Shown here: piece by piece, positions 19,557-29,872 of the stretch
Numbering within the stretch: the first letter of the stretch is position 1
Layout: every line of letters starts with the position of its first letter
Source: Candidatus Sulfomarinibacteraceae bacterium
GTDB taxonomy: Bacteria > Acidobacteriota > Thermoanaerobaculia > Thermoanaerobaculales > Sulfomarinibacteraceae
DNA: 64,000 bases
Reading direction: 5' to 3'
Assembly: GCA_963796455.1 (NCBI GenBank)
Contig: CAWCLO010000004.1
Span: 448,001-512,000, forward strand
Made by a program: the position numbers and the translations under genes
Notes under the pieces: generated by a model
The model's input: only the letters and a program-made list of their open reading frames with translations
What the model was told of the DNA's origin: nothing
Databases searched by the model: none

Positions 19557-22544
19557 TCAATTGGTGCCCGACCAGGAATCCAAATTCCCCGACTCGAAGC
19601 TGTCCACGAATGCCACGTCCTCGTTCGTCAACAGGGTTGCCCGAAGCATGTAGTTGCCATCCGGGTTGAGGACGAGACCCACGACGCCGTTGGCGGACGA
19701 GAAGCTGTTGCCGGTGTTCGGGCCCGTATCGAACTCCATGTTGAAGTCCTGGCCGGAGTTTTCCGTGGCGCCGCGGTTGACCAGCCAGAAATCCCCGGTG
19801 AGCAGCACGGGCGTCACCAATGTGAATTCGGAGGTGCCGCTTCCATCGCCGGTCAGGATCGTGCCCTTGCCGAGGACAACACTGTCATCGGGGGCACCTC
19901 CCGAATCGGGGTAGATGAAGATCTGGTTTGACCACGGCCCGCCGCTGTTCGAGTTGTCGATGTTGTTGGCCGCGCAGACTGCGCTGACATAAGTCTCCCC
20001 GGGCTGATAGCCGAAGTCGGCCAACTCGTATTTCACTGCGAAGAGTTTGTTGGAATCCCCCGCCTGGCCGCCGCCGAACCAGGCCGTACCATCCGAGGCG
20101 CCGTTGTCATTGTTGACGTTGCCGCACATCCAGACGCCGGCGCAGAAACCGTCATCGCCCACCATCACGGTCTCCGGTCCGCTGGTCACGGTGCCGGCAC
20201 CGTCATACACGATATCAACCGTGACCTGCTTCGTGCCCGCTGTCGCGAAACTGAAAGCCATGGCCGTGCAGTCATTGAAAAGACTCGGCGTGCACACCTG
20301 GATCTCATGGGCGCCGTCGCAGCCTGTCTCGCCGAAATCCCAGATCGCCATGGCCACCTCTCCGGTCAGCCCGGCCATTACGAAGACCACATTCTCGCCA
20401 TTCTCGGGCAAGGTCGGAGACCAGCTGAAGGTGGGTGCCGCCGACCCATCACCGATGGATAGCGCTTTTTGGTGGTCGTCGGAATCACCCTGGTTGTTGG
20501 CGACGGCGAGGGTGATCTGGTACGCCCCCCACTCGAGGGCCGAGCCGGAGATCGCGCAAATGACCGATTCGGGGCAGCCTTCGTAGAAGGAGGCTGGGAT
20601 GCCGTCTCCCTCCCGGTTTGTCGGGCCGTATACCGTCCACTCGTAGCTGGTGATGGTGCCCTTCGATTTCGATCCGTTCAGAGTGATGACCTGGGTGTTG
20701 AAGGGGATCGATGGTGTGATCGTGAAATCGGCCACCAAGGTTCCGACATCATAATCCGTGATTGATGCGGAGGCTTCGTAAAGACCGTCGTCATCGGGGT
20801 CGTCGCCACCACTCGCGGTGTGTTCGTAGTCCACCTGGAGATAGAATTGCCAGATTCCACTCTGGTCGACCTCGAGCTCGACCGTCGCGCCGTTGCGGCC
20901 GATGGGCACATTCGAGGGCGGGATGATTCCCCAACGGAAGCCGTCGCTCGCGGGGCTTCCTTCAGCGGTTGCACTGAGGGTGACCGTATCACCGATGATC
21001 GCGGCCTCCGGGTCGACGGTAAAGCTTGCCTGCGGTGCCCGGTTGATCGTGATGTCCTTGACGTCGCTCGCTTTGATTGGAACCAGGAAATCGCTTTCGA
21101 TCGCAACGTGGGCTGTGTACCCGTCCCCGCCGTTGAGGTCAGTCGGCACAGTGAACGGCACCAGTGTCGGATTGGCGTTCGACGGCTCGGTTTGACCGGC
21201 GACAAAACCACCATTTTTCTCGATCCACACCGCCCAACGGTCATAGGACCCTGCGGTGTTGTCGCGCACTGTGACCTGCCCCCCGGGGAAGACCTCGGCC
21301 GGGGTCACCATCACCTCGGCCACAGCCGGAGATGGAGTCAGACACTCGCTGAGGTCAAAGACCTGGTGGCGTGCATAGCGGCTGAGATAGAGAGCCGAAC
21401 CGTCCGGCGCCAGGGCTCCATCCATATCGAGCACGCAGGTCTGGACCGAGTTATGGGGTTCGGAAGTGTCGCCCCAGAATGCATTGTCGAAGGCCTGGGG
21501 GCCGTCATCAGGATCGATCAGATAGCTGAGGGAGGAATTCAGATATGAGGTGGCGCCGAGCCACATGACCAGAGGACTGAATTGATTCGCCGATCCCAGG
21601 GACACCACGCTGGCGTTCACGTTCAGTGTCCACGAGGGCTTGGGTACGGGATTCCCGGGATCACCGGAAATGTCCCAGAATCGAACTGCGCCATCGCCGG
21701 GGTTGGCAGAGACCACCAGGGAGTAATCTTCGCTGATGGCCAGATTGTGGTTCATGGCCTTCATGCCGGTTGGTGTTGCCGTGTGTTCGAGGGTGAGGCC
21801 GACACCGGAACCAAGGGTCCTGAAGACCTCCGCGTCGCCAAAAAATCCGGTCCCCAGATAGAGATAGGCCGTCGATCCGACCTCGATGGTCGCGCCGCCG
21901 GTGACACCGATCGCGGAACCATTGACCTCCATGCACTGAAGTTCGACCAGACTGTTGACGCCATTGACGGCAAAGAGCGCGTGGCTATTGCAGGTTTGGC
22001 TGAGACCGCCTGCGATCAGATAGATCTGACCTTCTTTGGAGAATATTTTCGAGCTGATCTCGAGACGGTTGCTGCGGCTATAACCCGAAAAGTCGGGTTC
22101 TGAACCTGTGCCGAGATCGAAGACCACGACACCGGCCACCTTGTGATCGATGACGCCATAGCGGCAATCGTCACAGACGTCGATCGCCATGATGTCGTAG
22201 TCCGAGTCTCCTGCGGTGCCGAAATTGAACCTCGAGGAATCGACCTTGCGCGGGTCGGATGTGTAGGGGGTGGCAACTTCGTAGATCACGAGCTCGTTGC
22301 CGCGACTGAAAATCATGTACTCGCCTCCGCCCCAGGTGAATGTCTCGACCTGGAACGCGCGATCACGAGACGGCGACGAAACGCAGTTGTAACTTGTATC
22401 GAGAAGAGTGTCAGTAAAGGTCTGGCAATAATTCGCGGCTTCGATACCGGCAGCCGATCCAAGTGCTGACAGCGCACCGGCGACAAATATCGTGAGTCTG
22501 CAGAGCGGTCTTTTCAACTTCGAACTCCAATCACATACCCTCAT
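19557..22544 (-). CDS. Large secreted PKD/Ig-like repeat surface protein with C-terminal FVDSFESGNLDSWS motif
   Basis: Signal peptide; ASFTV.P, ADFTI.P, SY.W and WDFG PKD-like strands; 995 aa. Confidence 0.8.
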   Translation of the reverse strand: MRVCDWSSKLKRPLCRLTIFVAGALSALGSAAGIEAANYCQTFTDTLLDTSYNCVSSPSRDRAFQVETFTWGGGEYMIFSRGNELVIYEVATPYTSDPRKVDSSRFNFGTAGDSDYDIMAIDVCDDCRYGVIDHKVAGVVVFDLGTGSEPDFSGYSRSNRLEISSKIFSKEGQIYLIAGGLSQTCNSHALFAVNGVNSLVELQCMEVNGSAIGVTGGATIEVGSTAYLYLGTGFFGDAEVFRTLGSGVGLTLEHTATPTGMKAMNHNLAISEDYSLVVSANPGDGAVRFWDISGDPGNPVPKPSWTLNVNASVVSLGSANQFSPLVMWLGATSYLNSSLSYLIDPDDGPQAFDNAFWGDTSEPHNSVQTCVLDMDGALAPDGSALYLSRYARHQVFDLSECLTPSPAVAEVMVTPAEVFPGGQVTVRDNTAGSYDRWAVWIEKNGGFVAGQTEPSNANPTLVPFTVPTDLNGGDGYTAHVAIESDFLVPIKASDVKDITINRAPQASFTVDPEAAIIGDTVTLSATAEGSPASDGFRWGIIPPSNVPIGRNGATVELEVDQSGIWQFYLQVDYEHTASGGDDPDDDGLYEASASITDYDVGTLVADFTITPSIPFNTQVITLNGSKSKGTITSYEWTVYGPTNREGDGIPASFYEGCPESVICAISGSALEWGAYQITLAVANNQGDSDDHQKALSIGDGSAAPTFSWSPTLPENGENVVFVMAGLTGEVAMAIWDFGETGCDGAHEIQVCTPSLFNDCTAMAFSFATAGTKQVTVDIVYDGAGTVTSGPETVMVGDDGFCAGVWMCGNVNNDNGASDGTAWFGGGQAGDSNKLFAVKYELADFGYQPGETYVSAVCAANNIDNSNSGGPWSNQIFIYPDSGGAPDDSVVLGKGTILTGDGSGTSEFTLVTPVLLTGDFWLVNRGATENSGQDFNMEFDTGPNTGNSFSSANGVVGLVLNPDGNYMLRATLLTNEDVAFVDSFESGNLDSWSGTN

Positions 22545-22784
22545 TGCTATTCTAGGTCGCTGGAAAAAAAGGGTGGGTGGCCGGGGTCACATTGTGACGG
22601 ACCCCTTTGATGCGGTGATCATACGGCACTCTGACCGATTCTCACAGCCCGGTCGGGCCTCCCGGTATAACTGAGATGGTGTATCATCGAAATCGTCGTC
22701 CCATTTCAATTGACCGCCGCCAGCTTGTACCCGAGACGAATTGTTCACGCAACTGGTGAGTGGGGGAGACCCCGGGAGGGAATC

Positions 22785-23852
22785 GTGCCGCGTCAAAACC
22801 GTTTTTCCGCAGTCCTGCTCGGTGCATTGTTGTTCGTTTTCATCGCTGCAATCGGAGCTCCGGCGTCGATCTCGGCGAAGGAGCTGGCGTCTGAAGCCAT
22901 CGCCGTGGCGGTCGAAAACGGGACCTTTGATCAGCTTCGCCAGGACCTGCTGATGGATCTGCACCAACAGACGAGATTCGAGTTTGACGAGGAGGGGATC
23001 GAAAGGGTCGGGCGAGCGTTGCTCGATGAAGGCAAAAACGACGAGGCGATGGAGGTCCTGCAGTTCAACCAGATGATCAACATCGACTCCGCACCGGCAA
23101 CGGTCGCGCTTGCTGATGCTTATCGCGATTCAGGGAGTACTGCGGCGGCGCGCACCATGTACCAACGGGCGCTGAGGATCGAACCGGGCAACCAGCACGC
23201 CCAGAAAGAACTCTTGAAGATCGAGACCCGGGGTGGTGCATCCAAATCGCCCGGCTTGCGACAGGCAGGGATCGATCCGGATGCCCTCGCGGCGATGGGA
23301 GCGACCCCCGAACAGATACACCAGATGGAAGAGGCCATAGCCCAGGCACAGGAGACTCCGGTGGGCTACGGCGGCAGTCCGAGGAGCACGAGAGGCGCTC
23401 CGGTTGCCGAGACCACGAGACCGGTGAGCCCGAATTCCTCCGAACCGGTGTATGAGTCCGAGTTCTGTGAGGTTCTACACCGGTACAACGCCGAAAAGAG
23501 GATCACCGACGCTCGGATCCGCGCCCGTGTCGCGGGCCAGTACGGGAAGGCCGATGATGGCAAACACCTTCGGACCTGGAACATCGACACGAATTGTGGT
23601 GAATTCCTTTTGGCGGCCCCCATGTGGGCCGATGTGTCTCCACCGGTTCTTTCCCACAAGGGTGGAGATGTTTTCGAGGATTCGAGAGGAGCGATCTGGG
23701 AGTTTCAGTTCGATGCAGACGACGCGGTGACAGGGGTGACTGTAGTCGCCGCGGATGGCAGCGTCAGCGAGTTGAAACACTGGGGAGACCCGCACGAAAA
23801 CCTGAACGGAAAGCACATCAAGGACTGGCAGGGTTCGGGCAGCAAGCAATAA
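22785..23852 (+). CDS. Secreted TPR-containing protein
   Basis: GGGAGGG SD before GTG 22785; signal peptide; LADAY...A...YQRAL.IEPGN TPR pattern. Confidence 0.7.
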   Translation: MPRQNRFSAVLLGALLFVFIAAIGAPASISAKELASEAIAVAVENGTFDQLRQDLLMDLHQQTRFEFDEEGIERVGRALLDEGKNDEAMEVLQFNQMINIDSAPATVALADAYRDSGSTAAARTMYQRALRIEPGNQHAQKELLKIETRGGASKSPGLRQAGIDPDALAAMGATPEQIHQMEEAIAQAQETPVGYGGSPRSTRGAPVAETTRPVSPNSSEPVYESEFCEVLHRYNAEKRITDARIRARVAGQYGKADDGKHLRTWNIDTNCGEFLLAAPMWADVSPPVLSHKGGDVFEDSRGAIWEFQFDADDAVTGVTVVAADGSVSELKHWGDPHENLNGKHIKDWQGSGSKQ

Positions 23853-23855
23853 CAG

Positions 23856-24611
23856 TCAATCAGATCGAAGATTCCGGACTGCATCCTCGAGATCGCGGCA
23901 GATCTCGCGCACCGATTCGCGAGTGGCCGGCAAGGCTTCGAAGGATCTCGGCCGCCCGACGATGACACGGACCTTTTTCGGGCGGGGCACGGTTCGACCC
24001 TTGGCCCACGCCGCCGATGCCCCTTCCAAGTGGCAAGGTACGGCCGGGACACCGCTGCCGACCAGCAAGCGCCCGACACCCGACCGGAAGCGATTCATCT
24101 CGCCGGTTGTCGATCGTGTGCCCTCCGGAAAAATGATCAGCACATTGCCCGGACGCTCGAGCAGTGCCGCACATACGGCCAGGCTTTGTTCGCCGTTGAC
24201 CTCGCGGTGGAACGGCAGGGCGTTGATGAATATCGCTGAAAATGCCGTCCGCGCCATGTTCGAAAAAAAGTAGTCCGCCGCGGCCGCGGGAAAAACGCGG
24301 TGAAGCTTTTTGAGCGGAAACGCTGAGACCAGGCAGAGAGCGTCGAGGTGGCTGCTGTGATTTGCGACAAGCACGAACGAGCCCTCGTCGGGCAGATTCT
24401 CACGGCCGACGAATTGCAGGCGGTGGTAGATCCGCAGCCAGGTGCGCAACACCAGACCACTCGCCGAACGCATTCCGGAGACCATGATTTCGGGTTCTCG
24501 AGGGAAGTTGCCAAGCCTCTCGAGGAGATTTTGATCGAGACCGGCGGCCGGTCGATACTCCCACTCGTCGTTGCTGGTTCCCGCCCGGTGGTGGTCGTCA
24601 GGTGATGCCAT
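23856..24611 (-). CDS. Lysophospholipid (PlsC-like) acyltransferase
   Basis: NHSSHLD and IFPEGTRS. Confidence 0.92.
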   Translation of the reverse strand: MASPDDHHRAGTSNDEWEYRPAAGLDQNLLERLGNFPREPEIMVSGMRSASGLVLRTWLRIYHRLQFVGRENLPDEGSFVLVANHSSHLDALCLVSAFPLKKLHRVFPAAAADYFFSNMARTAFSAIFINALPFHREVNGEQSLAVCAALLERPGNVLIIFPEGTRSTTGEMNRFRSGVGRLLVGSGVPAVPCHLEGASAAWAKGRTVPRPKKVRVIVGRPRSFEALPATRESVREICRDLEDAVRNLRSD

Positions 24612-25545
24612 AGAACCACCGAACCATGTGAAAAAACAGAGGCGCCACGAAAATGAGGCTGTCGATTCGGTCGAGGACTCCGCCGTGGCCGGGAATCACC
24701 GCACCCATGTCCTTGATGCCGATGTCGCGTTTGATGAAACTGATCGTCAGATCGCCGAGTTGGCCGCCGACCCCGACGATCAGGCCTGTCAGCACGAGTT
24801 GCAGGGTGCCGAAATGGGGAAACGAGATGGTCAACAGCCACGGCAAAGCAAGCGATACCGCCAGGGCTCCGAGCGAACCTTCCAGGGTTTTGTTTGGACT
24901 GATCTCGCTCCGCAGCTTATGTCGGCCGAAAAGCTTGCCACAGATGAATGCCGCGATGTCGTTGACCTCGACCGCAAAAACCAGGTACAGAATATAGCCG
25001 TAGGCGTGATTGGAATTGGCCAGGAAACCGAGGTGGGCAAACATCCAACCGAAGTAGATGAAGCCCATCACGGCGAGGGCCGTCGCCTGAAGTTGACCCT
25101 TGGTGCGGTTCCTCAGGACCGGTATCACCAGAATGAGAGCGACGACGTATACGGGCACGGTCATGAACAACCCATACCAGCCGGGGGTTCTGATCCGTGG
25201 GTCCGATGCCAGACTGACCGCCGCGACGCCTGCGATCGCTGCAAAGACGAAACCGGTCATCCACCAATCGCGGTAAAGACCGGTTGCGCGGGCAAACTCA
25301 CGAAATGCGCACAGCGAAAGCAGGCAGACACCGACGATCACCGCTGTACGACCGGCAATCAAGAACCCGAAGGCCAGGGGCGTCATGATGAGCCAGCCCC
25401 GATAGGTGCGCCAGATCGATGAAAGGTCTTTGTGGAAAAAGTAACTCACGACGGAGAGGACCAGGCCGGCCACGACGATGATCGATCCAACCATCACCGC
25501 GTAGAAGCGAACGATCTCGCTGCTCAGGGCAGCTTCCACGTTCAT
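24598..25545 (-). CDS. Phosphatidate cytidylyltransferase (YnbB/CdsA-like)
   Basis: ISPNKTLEG, GDL..S.IKR..GIKD.G..IPGHGG.LDRIDS. Confidence 0.92.
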   Translation of the reverse strand: MNVEAALSSEIVRFYAVMVGSIIVVAGLVLSVVSYFFHKDLSSIWRTYRGWLIMTPLAFGFLIAGRTAVIVGVCLLSLCAFREFARATGLYRDWWMTGFVFAAIAGVAAVSLASDPRIRTPGWYGLFMTVPVYVVALILVIPVLRNRTKGQLQATALAVMGFIYFGWMFAHLGFLANSNHAYGYILYLVFAVEVNDIAAFICGKLFGRHKLRSEISPNKTLEGSLGALAVSLALPWLLTISFPHFGTLQLVLTGLIVGVGGQLGDLTISFIKRDIGIKDMGAVIPGHGGVLDRIDSLIFVAPLFFHMVRWFYGIT

Positions 25546-26231
25546 TCTTCGCCGCCCGAATTGCGGAGATCTTCGGCGATTGCATGCAGCCGCCTCATCG
25601 ATGTCACGACGCTCCCCAGCGAGATCAACAAGAGTGCGCTGGCTGCCGCACCCCATCCCGATCCGGGGTGGATCGGCTGCCAACCCGAGGGAACCACAGC
25701 GCAGTACAGACACAAAACGGTGACGAGAAACATCCGGTGGGGTTTTGCCATGGGTCCCTCAAAGTGTTGTCGAGCGCCGGCGACCGCGCCCATGGCTCTC
25801 ACGTAGGCGACGAATACCGCAAGCAACGCGGTGCCGTATCCCATGGTCGGCGATCCCCCCACCGCATAGCCGAGCCCGATCAGAATCAGGATGTCGGCGA
25901 TCCGATCCGGAACCTCGTTGTAGAGTTCGCCCACCTTCGAGGCTTTGCCTGATGCCACGGCGACCATCCCATCCATCAAATTAGCCAACAGGCGGAGCTG
26001 CACCATTCCGGCTGCCATCAGCCATAGGATTCGAATCATCCATGGTGCATCGACGCGCTGTGTTGCAATCAGCGCAATGCCCGCCCCGGCCGCAAAAAAG
26101 ACGCTCGTCACCGAGATCGTATTGGCGCTGAGCCCACATTTGGTCAACCAGGCCGAGAGCTTCTGCATGACCCCAAGTTCGCGGCTGGCAATGGGACGTC
26201 GTTCAGCCGGCCGGTACTGTTCATCATTCAT
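25542..26231 (-). CDS. CDP-alcohol phosphatidyltransferase (YnbA-like)
   Basis: NLMDGMVA...G.LYNEVPDRIAD, GPMAKPHR. Confidence 0.9.
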   Translation of the reverse strand: MNDEQYRPAERRPIASRELGVMQKLSAWLTKCGLSANTISVTSVFFAAGAGIALIATQRVDAPWMIRILWLMAAGMVQLRLLANLMDGMVAVASGKASKVGELYNEVPDRIADILILIGLGYAVGGSPTMGYGTALLAVFVAYVRAMGAVAGARQHFEGPMAKPHRMFLVTVLCLYCAVVPSGWQPIHPGSGWGAAASALLLISLGSVVTSMRRLHAIAEDLRNSGGEE

Positions 26232-26701
26232 ATCGTCTCCCAATGTCATTCATGCCCGCCTGTTGCAGGTCCATACGGAAGGCGGTACCACGGGAGGTCG
26301 CATAGGTTTTCCCTACTCTTCAGACTACATCACTGGAGTCCTCTCGAGTTACTGGAGAGACCCGGTCGAGACTCTGATCTGGCGCCTCGAAATCTCCTCA
26401 ATCGTCGTCTGTTGGCGTTGGGCGGATATCGTCAAACCGCATTTCCATGTGGAACCGTCGCTCGGCGACCTTCTCGGGGATTCCGGTTTCGGCCGCGCCG
26501 GCTGCTGTAACGACGACCACAAACAAAAAAAGCAAGACGAATCTGCGCACGAAACCTCCCGAAAGTGACGATCGCCCGGGCTCACGCATGGAGCGTGCCA
26601 GCCTGGGATGCAGACTTTCGAGGTGCCGGATGCCGGATCGACACGGCACCGTGAGGAGGTGGCACCGAAGAGGTGCTCTCCACATGCCCGACCGAATGGT
26701 T

Positions 26702-27010
26702 CTAGCCCGCCCCCGGTAGCGTGATCTTACGCTTCTCGGGATCGGGGTTTTCACGGTAGAGGATTGCCATTCGACCGACGACCCCCACGCATTCACAATC
26801 GAGGCGATCCTCGATGATGGGTACCAGCTTCTCGCGCTGGCTGCGATCGGCAACTATTTTGAGCTTGATCAGCTCGTGGGCCTCGAGGGCATCGTCGATG
26901 GCGCCAAAAACGTTTTCGCTGAGACCTTCTTTTCCGGTCTGCACGACCGGTTTGTATCCGTGTGCAGCTCCCCGCAGGTATTTCCGCTGTGATCCCTTGA
27001 GTTTGCCCAT
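26702..27010 (-). CDS. yhbY: YhbY/CRM-domain RNA-binding protein
   Basis: QRKYLR..AH..KPVV..GK.G...AL.AHELIK. Confidence 0.92.
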   Translation of the reverse strand: MGKLKGSQRKYLRGAAHGYKPVVQTGKEGLSENVFGAIDDALEAHELIKLKIVADRSQREKLVPIIEDRLDCECVGVVGRMAILYRENPDPEKRKITLPGAG

Positions 27011-27206
27011 ACTTCCTCCAAAAACCAGAATGCAGGGTAACACTTGCGAAGCTTGTGGGTGATCAACAAAAAGGACCTGCTAGGTCATAAAGTGCCTAAC
27101 ATTGTGTCAGTTTGTCCCGATTGGTGGAGAGATTTCTGGGTCGATTGCCCATAGATGATACGATATAGTTGTTCATGAGAAGTTTGGATCATCTTTTTGG
27201 GAAACG

Positions 27207-27893
27207 ATGGGGAGGTTCAGAATGGTCAGATCTAGCTTAGGAATAGGTTGTGTCATCGCGATATGTGTGTTGGGAGTTGTTCAGGTCGATGCCGGCAATG
27301 GCGGCAATCAAAAGTGTGTATGCGAAGAAGCCGGACTGGTCGGAGCAGCCTTTGGCGCCTGCAACCGCTATTGCGAGGACTTGAATTGCGACGCGCCGAA
27401 CCCGAACGGGTCCGCGAATGCCTGCAACCGGGTGCTCGACAGGTTTTTTGATCTGACGGGGGAGTTGCCGCCCTGCGAGCCGTTGTGTCCGTGTGCCGGG
27501 GGGTGGCTCGATTCCGACTTCATCCCGGAGGGCGAAGTTGCTGCCAGCTGCTCTGTCGAAATCACCGATAACGGAAAGCGCATGGAACTCCTGGTCGAGG
27601 GGAGTGAGGACGGAAGTGGGAACGCACCGTTAAGCGTTGCGGCCGTTGATATCTTCGATGATGAGGACTTTGGATACTACCGCGTTGGATGCGCGTCCGA
27701 GCATTATGAGGGAGGGCAGTTCGAGCCCTCGGAGGATTCCGGGTCCTTTGAGATGGCGAGCGATTTCAACGAAAAGACCGAATATTTCAATCGCCAACAA
27801 CGTCGGATATTCAAGTCCTGCAAGGCGGTTTTCAAACGAACCGTCAAGAGAACCGGAGTCGAGTGCGAGGTCTTTGACCTTCGAGAGGAATAG
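27207..27893 (+). CDS. Cys-rich secreted hypothetical protein
   Basis: Signal peptide; CVC..GACNRYC...C...AC...PPC..CPC cluster. Confidence 0.7.
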   Translation: MGRFRMVRSSLGIGCVIAICVLGVVQVDAGNGGNQKCVCEEAGLVGAAFGACNRYCEDLNCDAPNPNGSANACNRVLDRFFDLTGELPPCEPLCPCAGGWLDSDFIPEGEVAASCSVEITDNGKRMELLVEGSEDGSGNAPLSVAAVDIFDDEDFGYYRVGCASEHYEGGQFEPSEDSGSFEMASDFNEKTEYFNRQQRRIFKSCKAVFKRTVKRTGVECEVFDLREE

Positions 27894-28227
27894 CGAGTTC
27901 GCGTCGCGAAGGCATCATTTGAAGATTTTCGACCGTCGAATATCATCGACGGCGATCAGGACGAGGCCGGACTCAGAGTGGGGGAGTCCCCGCTTTGAGT
28001 CCTCGTGCTTGGTGAGTCGATCCTGCCAAAAAACAGCACAGCGTGGTGCCTCGGGTTGAAGGTGAGGGAAGAGCTTTTTCCCACTGATCCTGTACCTTCG
28101 TCGATCCCTCAAGGTTGCGCCATGATGAAAAAGATCCCCTTCAGAAACGACGTCCCTTGCGCCACCACGAAACTGTTTCGATATGTGTCCCGTACAACCG
28201 GGAAGCAGGTTTCGACAAGGGGGAGCA

Positions 28228-29259
28228 ATGAGCGTCCTGTCAGGTTCCCGGCGAAGATGGATGTGGGTTCTGGTGGTGGGAGCCACGCTTTTGGTGGGCC
28301 TCGCTGCCGAAGCCAAAGAACCGGTCAAAGTGCAGGCCGCCCGGCGGGCTTTCAATGATGCCTACCGCCACCAGAAATGGGAACGAGCGATCGAAATCGG
28401 GTATGAACTCGTCGAGATGGTGCCCGGCCCCGGCGAGCAGTACAACCTGGCGTGTGTCTTTGCCCTGGCAGGCGATGAGACATCGGCTCTCCACTGGTTG
28501 GCGAAGGCGGCAGCAAACGGCTTTGCCTATTTCTCCGTGATGGAGAGTGACTCCGACCTCGACAGCCTCCGCGACTCACCCGGGTATGCAAAGATCCGCG
28601 ACCTGGTTGTAATGAATCTCGACCGCCACCGGGCGGAATTGATTCGTGAGGCCGCGGAGGTTCCCCCGCTGACAGTTCTCCCGCGGGGAGACGGTATCGA
28701 CGGTCCGCGGCCGTTGATCATCGTCCTCCACGGACACGGCGGCCATGCCGAAGAGTATCCCGCGGTCTGGGGCCCCGCCGCGCAGGAGATCGGCGCCATC
28801 CTGGCCGTTCCGCAAGGAGCGAAACGAGTCGGTGCCGGCCGCGCGTGGACTGATGTCAACGAGGCCGAAGCCATCGTCCGCTTGACGATCGACTATGTCA
28901 GAAGCAGGTTCGAGGTGGACTGGGACCGGGTCGTGCTAACGGGCTTCTCGCAGGGAGGCTTCATGGCAACTGCTGTGGCCGGTCGTCACCCTCGGATTTT
29001 CACCGGTGTGATCCCCATGGCCGGTCCTTATATCCCGGGGATCGATGCTCCGCCGCCGGCGGAGGCAGGCGATCCGCGCTATTACTTCATGGTCGGTTCG
29101 CTCGATCGAGTGGAGGATGAAGTGCGCCAGGCGGCCACGGACTTCGAACACGCCGGTTATGAGGTTGATTTGCGAGTCTATCTCGGAACTGGACACACCT
29201 TTCCCAGGGCGACAAAGAAGGAACTGGTTCGAGCGCTGAAGTTCGTGCTTGGCGAGTAG
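28228..29259 (+). CDS. TPR-like domain plus alpha/beta-hydrolase (esterase)
   Basis: YNLACVFAL, LHGHG, GFSQGG, G..D and GHTF triad. Confidence 0.85.
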   Translation: MSVLSGSRRRWMWVLVVGATLLVGLAAEAKEPVKVQAARRAFNDAYRHQKWERAIEIGYELVEMVPGPGEQYNLACVFALAGDETSALHWLAKAAANGFAYFSVMESDSDLDSLRDSPGYAKIRDLVVMNLDRHRAELIREAAEVPPLTVLPRGDGIDGPRPLIIVLHGHGGHAEEYPAVWGPAAQEIGAILAVPQGAKRVGAGRAWTDVNEAEAIVRLTIDYVRSRFEVDWDRVVLTGFSQGGFMATAVAGRHPRIFTGVIPMAGPYIPGIDAPPPAEAGDPRYYFMVGSLDRVEDEVRQAATDFEHAGYEVDLRVYLGTGHTFPRATKKELVRALKFVLGE

Positions 29260-29282
29260 CGCGAGACGCTAAGCCCAAGAAC

Positions 29283-29792
29283 TCATTCCGGTGGCAGCCT
29301 GACCCCTCCGGGAAGATCGACGGTCGCTCCCAGTTGAAGAACGAATCCGAGCGCATCCAACGAGTCGGTGGCGCGGCTGATTTTCCCGTCTTCGATCGTG
29401 ACCAGGGTGATGCCATGGACCTCGATGGGCCGATTGGTGGCGACGGGCACCCTGCCGGGGATGGGCCCGGATTGAATCGCAGTCATGACCCAGACGGCGG
29501 CGGCCTCCGAGTCATTGCCAAACACCCGGGTCACCTCGATCGAGACGCCGGAAGCCCAGGTGTGAACATGCGAAATATAGGCTGAGGCGGCGTCGATGCC
29601 TTCCAGCGACCCACCGTTCGCCAGGTCTTCGTAGAGGACGTCGGGCGACATGAAGGTTTCGAGTTGTTCGACGTCTCCGGACTCCCAGACGGACATCAGT
29701 TTTTTTGCAAGGATCTCCGGAGACCTATCTCCCGAAAAAGCGCAGGGCGCGAATGCCACAACTACAACATAGGCCAACAGGCGGTTGATCAT
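29283..29792 (-). CDS. SnoaL/NTF2-like ester cyclase family protein, secreted
   Basis: DVLYED, ATNRPIEVHGITLV..EDGKI. Confidence 0.8.
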   Translation of the reverse strand: MINRLLAYVVVVAFAPCAFSGDRSPEILAKKLMSVWESGDVEQLETFMSPDVLYEDLANGGSLEGIDAASAYISHVHTWASGVSIEVTRVFGNDSEAAAVWVMTAIQSGPIPGRVPVATNRPIEVHGITLVTIEDGKISRATDSLDALGFVLQLGATVDLPGGVRLPPE

Positions 29793-29872
29793 CGCTTGTC
29801 TCCATCAATTCTCTTCCCACGTGTGAACTGGGAACCCAAGACGAACTTCGGCAGGATCTCCTCGAGTTCCTG

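Noticed and set aside
26398..26588. Short signal-peptide-like ORF on the minus strand
   Set aside because: It ends shortly after the hydrophobic segment and has no recognisable family; cannot be told apart from a remnant or chance.
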